A stretch of 64,000 bases of DNA from Archangium sp. (lineage in GTDB: Bacteria; Myxococcota; Myxococcia; Myxococcales; Myxococcaceae): NCBI GenBank assembly GCA_031367385.1, contig JANLPS010000489.1:8283-72282 (forward strand), read 5' to 3'. Every line of letters starts with the position of its first letter. The first letter of the stretch is position 1. Shown one piece after another: positions 50,533-60,494 of the stretch. The translations under genes and the position numbers were made by a program. The notes beneath the pieces are model-generated. The model saw only the letters and a program-made list of their open reading frames with translations, had not been told where the DNA came from and searched no databases.

Positions 50533-51603
50533 TTACCGAGGCGAAACCGCGGGGTGCGCGCGAATCAACTCGCCCTGCGTTTCGCTCAAGCCCCTCGAGG
50601 TCGATTCGCTCGGGCGAAAATACATCAGGTTCGACGCGTCGGTGTCGTCGAGCTGGTCGGTCGTGCCGTCGGCTTCCACCGAGTGGTACAGCCCCAGGTA
50701 GTGCCCGAGCTCGTGCGCCATCACGCGGGCCAGCGAGGTTGGTGCCCACTCCAGTCGCACGGGGCCCGGAGTGCCGCACAGCGAGCCCTGTATGAAGATG
50801 CCATCGGCCAGCCCACGCCCGCCGGGGATGTGGGGCGTAGAGGCGACGACCTCGCTCGTGGTGTGGAGCACGGGGTCCGACGCCTTCAGGCACCCGGCGA
50901 GCACCACGGGCACGCCTTGCGCCGGGCTCACCGAGGCGAGCCACCCTTGGAGCTGCGTCGGGTCAGCCCGCGAAAACGTCGCGTCGGTCTCGACGCCCGG
51001 TGCCAGGGAGAGCACTTGAACGAAGGTGGCGGTCAGCTGCGCCGATGACAGCTCGGCGTTGAGCGCTTGGAGCAGCGAGGCCACTTTGGTCTCGCTCGAA
51101 TTGGCGAGCGACGACGCGGGCGTGATGATCAGCCTGAGCGCGATCACCCCTTTCTGTGGGGCTTTCTGCGCGGTTCGAGCTCGCACCTGCACCTGCTCGG
51201 GGCTCGTCAGCGTGAGCCGAGTCAGCGTTTCGCAATCACGCAGCCCCAGCCGCAGATGCAGGGCCCCGTGCGGCGTGAAGGGGCCCCCGCGGCTGGGCAG
51301 TGTGAATGACGCCTTGCCCATGCCGACCGAGACGCGTTGCTCGCACTCGGCGCAGAAGGGGCCCGACTCGGCATGCTGCACAGAGGGGTGGCCCAGGTCG
51401 TCGGTGAGCTCGTCGATTTGAAAACATCGCCCAGCCGGCGAATCGACTTCGAGGCGCAGCGCCGCGGCGCCTGCTGCCCAGGGCACGGTGAGCTCGGGCG
51501 TTTGGCCGTCGAGGCCGACGCTCACTGCTCCAAAGTCGAGCCAGGGGTCGTTCGGCGCGCAGGCCCCCACCGCGAGCAGCCCTGCGATCGCGGCGCGCGT
51601 CAT
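50533..51603 (-). CDS. Lipoprotein zinc metalloprotease (metzincin, M43/pappalysin-like)
   Basis: Lipobox AVGAC; HELGHYLGLYH; Met-turn NLMY. Confidence 0.88.
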   Translation of the reverse strand: MTRAAIAGLLAVGACAPNDPWLDFGAVSVGLDGQTPELTVPWAAGAAALRLEVDSPAGRCFQIDELTDDLGHPSVQHAESGPFCAECEQRVSVGMGKASFTLPSRGGPFTPHGALHLRLGLRDCETLTRLTLTSPEQVQVRARTAQKAPQKGVIALRLIITPASSLANSSETKVASLLQALNAELSSAQLTATFVQVLSLAPGVETDATFSRADPTQLQGWLASVSPAQGVPVVLAGCLKASDPVLHTTSEVVASTPHIPGGRGLADGIFIQGSLCGTPGPVRLEWAPTSLARVMAHELGHYLGLYHSVEADGTTDQLDDTDASNLMYFRPSESTSRGLSETQGELIRAHPAVSPR

Positions 51604-53408
51604 CGCAGCTCGTCAGCCGAGGCGTACCGGCCAATCAACTGCAGCAGCTGGGGCACCGGCTCTTTGCGAAACTGAGCGACGAGGGCCGCTTTGGCGACTG
51701 GCAGCTCGGCTGCGGCTCCAAGCCACCGAATCAGCGCCACACGAACGGCGGGGGCGGGCTCGGTGGCAAGCAACTGCCCCGCGCGGGTCATGGTCGGCAC
51801 ATCACGCACCCCGAGCGCGAGCAGCGTCTCGACGATGGCGGCTCGTACCGCGGGGTCGGCCTCGTGCTCCAGCCGCTCGAGCAACAGCGGGGCGGCGTCT
51901 GTCGCGGGCATCTGGCGCAACGACCGAACCGCGTGCTCTCGCAGGCTGGGTGACGCATCGACCAGGCGCGGGGCGACGTCTGGTGTGAAGCGCCCGTCGC
52001 CGGTGTTGCCGATCGCATCGACCACGTCGACCACGCGTGAGTCGTCTGTGGCGTTCGCCAGCTCGGCGCGCAAGGCGTGGGTCAGCTCTTCGCGGAGCTC
52101 TGGAGTCAGCGCATCTGTGCGGCCCACCAGATGCCCCAAGGCTCGCACGCTGGTGCTGGCGACGAGCTTCGACTCGGTGGCGCGCGAGGCAGTGACGAGC
52201 GCTTGGGCCGACTCCCGGGTTGGCGTGGGCACATCTGAGAGCGCCGAGCTCGCGCGGGCGCGGTCGAGCTGTGCGAGCGCCGGGTCGCCGAGCGCCGAGG
52301 CCAACGCGGCCCGCGCTTCGGGGGTGCCGCATTGCTCGAGCGCCAGAAACAGAGCAGGGCGAAGCGGCTCGGCGACGGCCCCAGAACGCACCTGCGCGAG
52401 CAGCGTGCTGGCCGCTTCAGGGTGCGCCCGAAGCCACTCCGCCAGCAGCAACGCCGCCGCGTACGCGTCGCCCTTCGCGCTCTGGTGGTACACAGCCTCG
52501 AAGCGCTTCATCACGTCGCTCAATGACAACGCAGCCACCTCTGGCCTCGGCGCCGCGCGGGTGTGCGAGGGCATCGCGAAGGGGTCTTGCCAATCGAACT
52601 TCGTCACCTCGTCGCCGGCGGGTGGCATCACGAACGCGGCGTCGTCACGCGTCAGGCTGAAGCGCTGGGTCAAGTCAGCCAGCACCGCGCCTTGAGCCTT
52701 GAGGCGTACCCGTTCTTCTCCGCTCACGCCGGTGAACCAGCGCCCCGTGCGCTCGAGCGTGGCCGTGGCCGTGGCGAAGAGGAGCTGGGCTTGAAACCCG
52801 AAGCCGCTGGCGCGCTCGTCTTGCCGGTAGCGCAGCTTCTTTCGGCTCACGGTGGTCGCGCCGCCGGGCACATCGGTGGCTTGATAGGTGGCGACATACG
52901 AGCCCACGCCGTCGGTCTGCTCGAGCTCCCACGAGGGGGCAGCGTCACGCAGCACGAGCTCGAAGGGGCTCAACACCGACGAGGCGAACCGGCGGGTCTC
53001 GGGCAGCCAGTCGCGAGCGTACCCTTTGCCTTCGAAACGGCAGTCGCTGCCCACCCGCAGAAAAAAGCTGGCTTCGAGCGGCTGGGTGACGCGCTGCTCG
53101 AGCGGGGTCAGCGCCTGCACCAACGTCGGCGACGAGAACGCCGCGCGAATCACCCACTGGCCAGGCGCAAGTGAATCGACCACCTGCCAGCTCAGCACGG
53201 CGCTGAAGCGATCGGCCGGCGCCGCGGTGTCTGCCGCGCTCGCCTCGGCCTCGAAGCGCAGCACGAAGGCGTACCGCTCGCCTCGCTCGAAGGTGCACGT
53301 GCGCTCACCAACGGCGCTCGACGCCGGCACCACAGGTCGGGCAAGCCCGAGCCAGACCGCTCCCGCGACGAGGCCGAGTCCGATGAGCGCGACGGCGAGG
53401 CGCTTCAT
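51600..53408 (-). CDS. Exported HEAT-repeat protein with a vitellogenin/MTP-like N-terminal beta domain
   Basis: N-terminal signal/TM; beta-rich N-terminal half; helical C-terminal half with ALEQCGTPEA, ALGHL, AIGNTG and DxxPxVR repeats. Confidence 0.8.
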   Translation of the reverse strand: MKRLAVALIGLGLVAGAVWLGLARPVVPASSAVGERTCTFERGERYAFVLRFEAEASAADTAAPADRFSAVLSWQVVDSLAPGQWVIRAAFSSPTLVQALTPLEQRVTQPLEASFFLRVGSDCRFEGKGYARDWLPETRRFASSVLSPFELVLRDAAPSWELEQTDGVGSYVATYQATDVPGGATTVSRKKLRYRQDERASGFGFQAQLLFATATATLERTGRWFTGVSGEERVRLKAQGAVLADLTQRFSLTRDDAAFVMPPAGDEVTKFDWQDPFAMPSHTRAAPRPEVAALSLSDVMKRFEAVYHQSAKGDAYAAALLLAEWLRAHPEAASTLLAQVRSGAVAEPLRPALFLALEQCGTPEARAALASALGDPALAQLDRARASSALSDVPTPTRESAQALVTASRATESKLVASTSVRALGHLVGRTDALTPELREELTHALRAELANATDDSRVVDVVDAIGNTGDGRFTPDVAPRLVDASPSLREHAVRSLRQMPATDAAPLLLERLEHEADPAVRAAIVETLLALGVRDVPTMTRAGQLLATEPAPAVRVALIRWLGAAAELPVAKAALVAQFRKEPVPQLLQLIGRYASADELR

Positions 53409-53417
53409 CACGTTTTG

Positions 53418-55685
53418 CTACTGCAACTCGATCGGTGACTCGAGCTTGCGGGTCAACAGCGGGATGGTCTCAGTCGGGTTCTTGTAGGTGAAGATGTTCA
53501 CCGTTCTGCTGATGCTGAAGAACCCGATGCCAATTCGCCCGACCACATCAACGCTCACGTTGAGCCAGTTGATCGTTAGGTTCCACTGCAGGTCGCCGAG
53601 AATCGTGAGCTTGGTCACCGCCATCGTGCCCGGGTCGGTGCCGGTCACGCCCCAGCGCAAGGTGGTGATCAGCGGCAGACCAAGCTCGATGATCTGCACG
53701 GTCGCGACCGCGGCGGCCTTGGCGATGAAAATGTCGATGCCGCCGGTGACGTTGCCCGTCAGCCCGACCGAGGGCGTGACCGTCGCTCGAAGCGAGCCGA
53801 CGCTGGTCGCCGTCGACAGCTCAGGCGTCGCCGGGTCATTGCCGTCTTTCGCGCTGACGGCGAGCTCGGTGGTGATGCCGACGTTGCCTCCCACGCCGGC
53901 GGTGATGCCGACGCTGACCGGCCCGAACCCGAACGACAAGCCGGGAAACTGAAAGGACTTCGCGACCATGAACGGCATCGAATAGGTCTGATCGGCGGTG
54001 CTGTTCTGATACCCGAACACGCTGGTGCCGAACGCCTCGACGCCCACGTCGACGAAGCTCGACTCTTTGGTGACGAGCGCGCCGCCCTTGCCGAAGGCGC
54101 GAAAGAGCTGCACCGAAAAGTCGCGGCCGATTTTGCCTTTGATTTCGACGACGCCCTCGGTGTCGGTGCGTGCGCCCCCCAGGTCGAGTGAGTTGGCGGT
54201 GCGAAGCCTCCCGATCAACGCCACCCGCTCCGGGCTGCCGACGCTGCGCTCCCACGTCGAATCGAAGCTGTGTGCGGTCGCCTGGCCGGTCGGAGGCGTG
54301 GCCCGCACCACCCGAACCTTGAACGTCTTGCACTCGCCTTTCCCCGCTTCGCCTCCCACGGGGGCTTCGGCCTCTTGCTCTCCGGTGTTGCCACCCTCGG
54401 CGAAGCTCGCCTTGAGGCACCCGCGAACGGTGAAGTCGTCATCGTTCGCCCAGGCGCCCAGCGGAGCGATCGCCGCCCGCGTCGCGCCTTCGACGTAGAG
54501 CGCGTGGGTGAAGGTGTTCTCGGAGCCGGGCTCGAGCTCGGTGAGGGTCAGCGCCGCCACGTGGGCCTCCGGGTCGGGGTTGGCGGGGTCGTCGATCATC
54601 AGCGGCAACCAGGCCGTCGGGCTGATCTTGTTGCTCGGCGCGAGCTCGTAGGTCATCGCCGCGGTGCCGGGCAAATCGTCGAGCGCGTTGAGCTCTGCGT
54701 TGGTCAAGCCGAACTTGAGGTCGGTCGCGATGGTCGGCACCTCAGCGATCAACTCTGGCGGGAGCTTCGAGACGTCGACCTGGTTCTTGTAGGGGTCTCT
54801 GCCGTCGATGACGAAGACCGCGTTGATCAGCAAGAACGGCGCTTCAGACTCGCGGCCGCCATCTGGCACCTCGGGGTCTTTTTGCTTCGGCCAGACCACA
54901 CCCACCGATGACTGCGGCCGCAAGCTGTCGAGCTTGACGTCGATCAACGTGCCGGCATCGCCCACCGGGGTCGGTGCGAGCGAGAGCATGTACACGCAGC
55001 CTTTGCCGGGGGTCGCGTTCGGCGCGTTCTGGGTATGGCAGAGCTGGTTGTCGGCATGCATCGCCGCGGCCGCTGAGAACACGACCGGTGGGGCGTCGGT
55101 GGTGGTGGGCGTGTTCGAGAGGCGGAGGCCGCGATCGAAGTCGACCGCGAGGTTGGCGACGGCGCCCGCTCCGACCCAGGCCGCGCACTCGGTGGTGGGG
55201 TAGATGTCGGCGTCGAAGACCTGCTCGACGTTGTCTCCGACCAGCCTCAGCTCGATGCCGTTCGAGTCGCAGCTGCGAGGGTTGACCGGGTCGGCTGGGG
55301 TGGCTTCGACGAATGAGAACGTCACCACCACCGGCGTCGTCGTCGGCTTGGCGAGGTCGGCGCTCGACGAGGTGATGCCGAAGCGAATCGGCAGCGGGTT
55401 GTTGAGATACAGCGGCTTGCTGAGGTCGTACTTGGGGTGAAGCGTGGTCAGCCTCGCGCGGGTGATGCGTGCGCCCGGAGTCACCGGAGCCGCCACGCAC
55501 CCGCCATCGAGCTCGACGGTACCGGCGCCGCAGACGGGCGCCGATGGGGTCGCGACGCAGAAGCCCTCACGCTCGACGGTGCCGACGCCGCACTTCAGCG
55601 CGCTCGGAGTCGCTTGAGGCCCGCCACACGCAGATGAAAACAACGACACTACCGTCACGACAGCCACGCCAACCAGTCGTCTCAT
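53418..55685 (-). CDS. Large lipoprotein with Cys-rich N-terminal repeats and a long amphipathic beta-sheet C-terminal domain
   Basis: Lipobox FSSAC; two CGxGTVExxGxCV repeats; last ~270 aa are alternating beta-strands (FGFGPVSVGITAGVGG). Confidence 0.8.
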   Translation of the reverse strand: MRRLVGVAVVTVVSLFSSACGGPQATPSALKCGVGTVEREGFCVATPSAPVCGAGTVELDGGCVAAPVTPGARITRARLTTLHPKYDLSKPLYLNNPLPIRFGITSSSADLAKPTTTPVVVTFSFVEATPADPVNPRSCDSNGIELRLVGDNVEQVFDADIYPTTECAAWVGAGAVANLAVDFDRGLRLSNTPTTTDAPPVVFSAAAAMHADNQLCHTQNAPNATPGKGCVYMLSLAPTPVGDAGTLIDVKLDSLRPQSSVGVVWPKQKDPEVPDGGRESEAPFLLINAVFVIDGRDPYKNQVDVSKLPPELIAEVPTIATDLKFGLTNAELNALDDLPGTAAMTYELAPSNKISPTAWLPLMIDDPANPDPEAHVAALTLTELEPGSENTFTHALYVEGATRAAIAPLGAWANDDDFTVRGCLKASFAEGGNTGEQEAEAPVGGEAGKGECKTFKVRVVRATPPTGQATAHSFDSTWERSVGSPERVALIGRLRTANSLDLGGARTDTEGVVEIKGKIGRDFSVQLFRAFGKGGALVTKESSFVDVGVEAFGTSVFGYQNSTADQTYSMPFMVAKSFQFPGLSFGFGPVSVGITAGVGGNVGITTELAVSAKDGNDPATPELSTATSVGSLRATVTPSVGLTGNVTGGIDIFIAKAAAVATVQIIELGLPLITTLRWGVTGTDPGTMAVTKLTILGDLQWNLTINWLNVSVDVVGRIGIGFFSISRTVNIFTYKNPTETIPLLTRKLESPIELQ

Positions 55686-55807
55686 TGTGCCCGTCGCTAT
55701 GGCGTCGTCGATCGGGAGTCAACAGAACTTGCAGAGGGCCAGGGCGCATCGCCACCGCGCCTACAACTGCCCGCATCGCTCCCGACCACGGCTATAAGGG
55801 TCGCGCC

Positions 55808-56782
55808 ATGCCAGCCGCTCCACAGTGGGCCGCCGCCCGGGCCCGACAACAGCTCTACGCCGCGCTGCGGGCCTGGTTCGCTCACGCGGGCTACCTCGAG
55901 GTCGAGACGCCGTACCTCATCGCGACCCCGGGCATGGAGCCGCACATCGACCCCTTCGAGACGCCGTTCGTGCCGCAGACCGAGGTGGGCCGGCGCCGCT
56001 CGCTCTACCTTCACACCAGCCCCGAGTACGCGATGAAGCGCCTGCTCGCCGACGGCAGCCCGCCGCTGTTTCAAATCTGCAAGACGTTTCGCAACGGAGA
56101 AATCTCACCGACGCACAACCCCGAGTTCACCATGCTCGAGTTCTATCGCCCGCATGCCGACTACTCGGCGATCATGCGCGACCTCGAGCAGGTGCTCGCC
56201 ACTTCACCGCTGGCTGGGCCCTTCGCCCGCACGCCCTATGAGCGCCTGACGGTGCGCGAGGCCGTGCTTCGCCACGCCGAGCTCGACCTCGCCCAGTACC
56301 CCGACGGCCCATCGCTCAAGCGGGCGGCCGATGCGCGCGGCATCTACACCGGGCAGTCGACCGACTTCGACGACTTGTTCTTTCACGTCTTTCTCGAGCG
56401 CGTCGAGCGCAAGCTGGGCCACGAGCGGCCCACCTTTCTCATCGAGTACCCGGCCTCGATGGCCTCGCTCTCGCGGCTCAAGGCCTCAGACCCGACTCTC
56501 GCCGAGCGCGTCGAGCTCTACGCGAACGGCCTCGAGCTGGCCAACGGCTTCACCGAGCTCACCGACCCGGTCGAGCAGCGCCGCCGCCTGGTCGAAGAGC
56601 AGGCCCTGCGTACCCGCGCCGGCCGCCCGGCCTTTGCACTCGACGAGGCCTTTCTCGAAGCGCTGCCCCGAATGCCCCCCTGCGCCGGCATCGCGGTGGG
56701 CCTCGACCGGGTGTTGATGCTGATGCTGCAGGCGCCGACCATCGCCGACGTACTCCTGTTTCCCGCGAAGGACTTCGTATGA
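55808..56782 (+). CDS. epmA: EF-P lysine aminoacylase (EpmA/GenX/PoxA)
   Basis: YLEVETP, LHTSPEYAMKRLL, FRNGE...HNPEFTMLEFY, ELANGFTELTDP.EQ and GIAVGLDR motifs; no anticodon-binding domain; ATG 55808. Confidence 0.95.
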   Translation: MPAAPQWAAARARQQLYAALRAWFAHAGYLEVETPYLIATPGMEPHIDPFETPFVPQTEVGRRRSLYLHTSPEYAMKRLLADGSPPLFQICKTFRNGEISPTHNPEFTMLEFYRPHADYSAIMRDLEQVLATSPLAGPFARTPYERLTVREAVLRHAELDLAQYPDGPSLKRAADARGIYTGQSTDFDDLFFHVFLERVERKLGHERPTFLIEYPASMASLSRLKASDPTLAERVELYANGLELANGFTELTDPVEQRRRLVEEQALRTRAGRPAFALDEAFLEALPRMPPCAGIAVGLDRVLMLMLQAPTIADVLLFPAKDFV

Positions 56783-57537
56783 ACCGCATTGCCCGTACCG
56801 TCTTTGCCGGAGCCGCCACCTTGGGCATCACCACCGGGCTCTCACCGGTGGTCTCGGCGCTCTCGTTTCTCGACCCGAAGTACCAAGACCCGGTGCTCCA
56901 CTTCTGGGCCCGCTCGGTGCTCGCGTCGGCCGGGGTTCAGCACCAGGTAAGAGGCCTCGAGCACCTGCCCACCGGCAACTTCGTGCTGGTCGCCAACCAC
57001 CTCTCGAACTTCGACGCGCTGGTGCTCTTCGCGCACATTCGGCGACACATGCGCTTCGTCGCGAAAGAAGAGCTCAAGCGCGTGCCGATTCTGGGCCTCG
57101 CGCTGCGCCGCGCCGGCAACATCTTCATCGACCGAAAAGGGTCGTCGGCCGATCGCCAGAAGCTGCACGAGGCGGCAAAGGCCGTGCGCGAGCGGGTCAG
57201 CGTGGTCTTCTTTGCCGAGGGCACCCGCTCAGAAGATGGCGTGCTGCGGCCCTTCAAGAAGGGAGCGGCGATCATGGCCCTCGAAGCGGGGGTGCCTCTG
57301 GTGCCGGTGGCCATCGCCGGCACGCACCTCATCTTGCAGAAGGGCTCGATGATCATTCACCCGCACCCGGCCGCGCTGGTAATTGGCAAGCCGATTGAGA
57401 CCGATGGGCGCTCGGTCGACGCGCGCGATGAGCTCACCGACGAGGCCCACGCCGCGGTCGCCGCCCTGCTGACAGAAGGCAACGCGATGGTCGAGCAGAT
57501 GGTGCAAGAGCAGCAACCGTCGCGGGCGATGCGCTGA
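56779..57537 (+). CDS. plsC: 1-acyl-sn-glycerol-3-phosphate acyltransferase family protein
   Basis: NHLSNFD (HxxxxD), FVAKEEL, FIDR, FAEGTRS and PFKKGA motifs; ATGA overlap with epmA. Confidence 0.88.
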   Translation: MNRIARTVFAGAATLGITTGLSPVVSALSFLDPKYQDPVLHFWARSVLASAGVQHQVRGLEHLPTGNFVLVANHLSNFDALVLFAHIRRHMRFVAKEELKRVPILGLALRRAGNIFIDRKGSSADRQKLHEAAKAVRERVSVVFFAEGTRSEDGVLRPFKKGAAIMALEAGVPLVPVAIAGTHLILQKGSMIIHPHPAALVIGKPIETDGRSVDARDELTDEAHAAVAALLTEGNAMVEQMVQEQQPSRAMR

Positions 57538-57606
57538 TCAGCCGAATCGTGCGACACCGCGAATGAGCGGGGCGATTCGCCGCACACGGGCTTCGGGGGT
57601 TGCGAC

Positions 57607-57612
57607 TACACT
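57607..57612 (+). promoter_or_regulatory. Putative -10 box (TACACT) 8 nt before the ATG at 57621; leaderless-type
   Basis: TACACT-ccgcgtct-ATG; no Shine-Dalgarno sequence. Confidence 0.45.
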
Positions 57613-57620
57613 CCGCGTCT

Positions 57621-58490
57621 ATGTTTGCGACGCTGGCGGTCGTCGTCCTCTGCGCCACTCCGACTCCCAGCAGCACGCCGCTCGTCGCCAAGATGAAGTT
57701 GGCGATGGGTACCTTTCGCTTCGTCGGGCTGAGCGCTGAGCTGCAGACTTTCATACCCGAGCATCTGGCGCAGTCGCTTCAGTCGCGCGGCGTCGAGGTG
57801 ATGAGCGAGCAAGACATCAAGCAGATGCTGGGCCGCGAGCGACAACGCGAGCTGCTCGGCTGCAACGAAGAGAGCGCCTCGTGCCAGGCCGAGCTGATGG
57901 GCGCCCTCGGTGCCGAAGGCGTGGTCGTCGGTGACGTGGCGCAGGTCGGGGGCTTGATTCAGGTCAACGTGAAGATCGTCTCGGGGGTGACTGGCAAGCC
58001 GCTCGCCACCTTCGCCACCCGCGTCGAGAGAGAACGCGACCTGCTCGACGCCATCGACCGGGCCGCCATCGCGCTGGCCCACGCGCTGGTGCCGGCCCAC
58101 TCCGCGACGCTGGCGCTCGATGACGCTCCGCCAGTGGTGACCTCAGCGCCAGCCATGGGCCGCCGCTCGTGGTCGGCGGTGCCGGCGATTGCCGGTGCGG
58201 TGGTGACGCTCGCCGGAGGCACGCTGCTGGTGCTCGCCCAGCTCAACCACGACGCGCTGACCCGGCGCGATCGCACCACGCCGCTGACCCAGGAGACCGC
58301 GCTGCTCACCGCCAACCGGGGCGCGTCGTTTCAGACGCTCGGGCTCATCGGGGTCGGCGTCGGTGGCGCGGCCCTGTTCGCGGGAGCGCTGATGTTTCTG
58401 CTGGCCGCTCCCGAGGTCGATACCATTCAACCCAGCATCGCCTTCGGGCCGAGCGGTGCGACTGTGACTGTTGGAGGCTTTTTCCCGTGA
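57621..58490 (+). CDS. Exported protein with a TolB-N/CsgG-like N-terminal domain and C-terminal hydrophobic segments
   Basis: DIKQMLGRERQRELLGC....C.AELMGALGA..VVVG.V motif; Gly-rich hydrophobic helices; terminal beta hairpin ending GFFP. Confidence 0.7.
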   Translation: MFATLAVVVLCATPTPSSTPLVAKMKLAMGTFRFVGLSAELQTFIPEHLAQSLQSRGVEVMSEQDIKQMLGRERQRELLGCNEESASCQAELMGALGAEGVVVGDVAQVGGLIQVNVKIVSGVTGKPLATFATRVERERDLLDAIDRAAIALAHALVPAHSATLALDDAPPVVTSAPAMGRRSWSAVPAIAGAVVTLAGGTLLVLAQLNHDALTRRDRTTPLTQETALLTANRGASFQTLGLIGVGVGGAALFAGALMFLLAAPEVDTIQPSIAFGPSGATVTVGGFFP

Positions 58491-60376
58491 GACGAGCTTG
58501 GTGGCTGTGCACGGTGATCGCCCTCAGCGGTTGCTATGACTTTCGAAAAGACCTCCTCGAGTGCGTTCGTTCGGGTCAGTGCGCAGTGACCACGCTCGAT
58601 GGCGGTGACGGCACGACCGGTGCCGACGCGGGCCCGGGGGGCAGCGGTGATGGAGGCACGGTCGTCGCCGGTTTTCGCCAGGAGATCTGCTCGACGTCGA
58701 ATTGGTGTTGGCAGAGCCCATTCGCCAAGAATGAGCTGAGCGGCGTCGCAGCGCTGGCCGAGAACGACGTCTGGGTCTTCGGCGTGCTGGGCACGGTGAT
58801 GCACTTCGATGGCACTGCGTGGGCCCGACAGCCCCGCGCGACGTCGATCGCGTTCACCCAGGTCGTGGTGGCCGGAGCGCGCGAATTCTTCGTCGGCTCG
58901 AACGTGGGCGTCTGGCACTACGACGGCTCGAAGCTCGCCGTGCTGCCAGGCAGCTTCGTCGCAGCGCACATCGCGGTCATCGGCGGCGAGATCTGGGCGA
59001 TTCAAGGCCCGAATGAGTCTCGCACGCTCAAGCATTACGTCTCGGGCGCGTGGGTCGACCTGAGCGCGCCCAAAGACCCCTCGACGACGGGGGCCCAGCC
59101 CGAGGTGATTTCGGTGTGGGGCCCGGCGGCCAACGACGTGTGGTTCGCGGGTGGCAATGGCTTTCTCTTTCACTGGGACGGCAGCGGCTTCACGGTCGCG
59201 CCGAAGGTGCCCACCAACGGCGCGCCGGTGCTGGTGCTCGGAGGCTTCGGCACGCAGCTCTTCGCCGCCGATTCGAACGGAGGCGTCTACCACTCCACTC
59301 GCCCGGGCTGGGAACCTGTCTACAACGCCGCCGGATACGTTCGCACGATCGCCGGGGTGGCTGAGAACGACATCTGGTTCGGAGGCCAGTATGGCGTGAC
59401 CTCGCATTTCAACGGGTCGATCGTCGAGGCCACGGGGTCTACCGGTGATTGCGAATCAAACCTGCTCAACGCCGGAGTGGGCGTCTGGGCGGTCGACTTG
59501 TGTGGCAACGTTCTGCGCCGCGGTGCCGGCTCGTGGACGCGATTGTTCGAGAATGGAGTCATCAGCGCCTACACCTCGGTGCATGGCAGCGGCGCGGCCG
59601 ATGTCTGGGTCGGCGGAGAGCACGGAGTGCTCCAGCACTTCGACGGCACCTCGTGGACGCAGTCGAGCCTGGGCACCGAGACGGTCGGCGGCCTCTGGGT
59701 GCTCTCGCCAACGAGCGCCTTCGCGACCGAGAGCGTCGATAACCCCAACGTTCCCACTCACATCTACCATTGGAACGGCACCGACTGGCGGAGCGCGGCC
59801 ACGTCGACGCAAGGCTCGGCGGCCATCTGGGCCAGCCCGAGCGGCACCGCGTGGGCGGTGGGCTTCAAAGGCAGCATCGTCAAGGTCAGCCCGTCGGGTG
59901 CGAGCTTCACCAGCGTGCCCCAGGCCAGTGGTGTCACGCAGAACCTGTCGGCGGTTGCGGGCTCGTCAGACACCGACGTCTGGGCGGGCGGCTCGGGTGG
60001 AGTGCTGCTGCATTCGACCGATGGCATGACCTGGGCGAGCGTGGTTTCTCCAGTGACTGACCGCATCGTCTCGTTGTGGGCCGAGCCCGGCTCGACCACC
60101 AATGCGTGGGGCACCACCTTCGACCAAACCATTCACTGGGACGGCACCCAGTGGCGAATCAAGCCGCTGATCGACACCCAGAATCGGTTCATCACCGGTG
60201 CGGGCGCAGAGCTGATGACCTGCGACTCCGAGGGTGGCATTCAGCGCGGGCCGGCGAGCTCGGTGGTGACCGAAGAGAGCGGCACCATCAACTGGCTCCG
60301 CGCCGCGTGGGAGGGCCCCGGTGGCCACCCCGGCGTCGCCGTCGGCACCCGCGGCACGATTCTGGTGCGCCTGTAG
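58487..60376 (+). CDS. Lipoprotein with beta-propeller-like (VWG..NDVW..G..G...HxDGxxW) repeats
   Basis: GTG start (GTGA overlap); lipobox ALSGC; many DVW/HFDG/HWDG repeats. Confidence 0.82.
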   Translation: MRRAWWLCTVIALSGCYDFRKDLLECVRSGQCAVTTLDGGDGTTGADAGPGGSGDGGTVVAGFRQEICSTSNWCWQSPFAKNELSGVAALAENDVWVFGVLGTVMHFDGTAWARQPRATSIAFTQVVVAGAREFFVGSNVGVWHYDGSKLAVLPGSFVAAHIAVIGGEIWAIQGPNESRTLKHYVSGAWVDLSAPKDPSTTGAQPEVISVWGPAANDVWFAGGNGFLFHWDGSGFTVAPKVPTNGAPVLVLGGFGTQLFAADSNGGVYHSTRPGWEPVYNAAGYVRTIAGVAENDIWFGGQYGVTSHFNGSIVEATGSTGDCESNLLNAGVGVWAVDLCGNVLRRGAGSWTRLFENGVISAYTSVHGSGAADVWVGGEHGVLQHFDGTSWTQSSLGTETVGGLWVLSPTSAFATESVDNPNVPTHIYHWNGTDWRSAATSTQGSAAIWASPSGTAWAVGFKGSIVKVSPSGASFTSVPQASGVTQNLSAVAGSSDTDVWAGGSGGVLLHSTDGMTWASVVSPVTDRIVSLWAEPGSTTNAWGTTFDQTIHWDGTQWRIKPLIDTQNRFITGAGAELMTCDSEGGIQRGPASSVVTEESGTINWLRAAWEGPGGHPGVAVGTRGTILVRL

Positions 60377-60380
60377 CGCA

Positions 60381-60453
60381 CCCGTTCGTCTTGAGTGACT
60401 CGAACGACAGCATGGGCTGCGTGACGAGCTTGGACCGGTCGGGCATGAACGGT
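60381..60453. repeat. Degenerate REP-like inverted pair
   Basis: CCCGTTCGTCTTGAGTGACTCGAACGAC resembles the 14031 copy; the distal arm ...CATGAACGGT can pair with CCGTTCG. Confidence 0.4.
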
Positions 60454-60494
60454 GTTTCGCTTTTTGGCCTCGGTGGTGTCAGGAGCCGTACGCC

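Noticed and set aside
55808..56782. Lysyl-tRNA synthetase
   Set aside because: It lacks the anticodon-binding domain and has the EpmA-type LHTSPEYAMKRLL motif.
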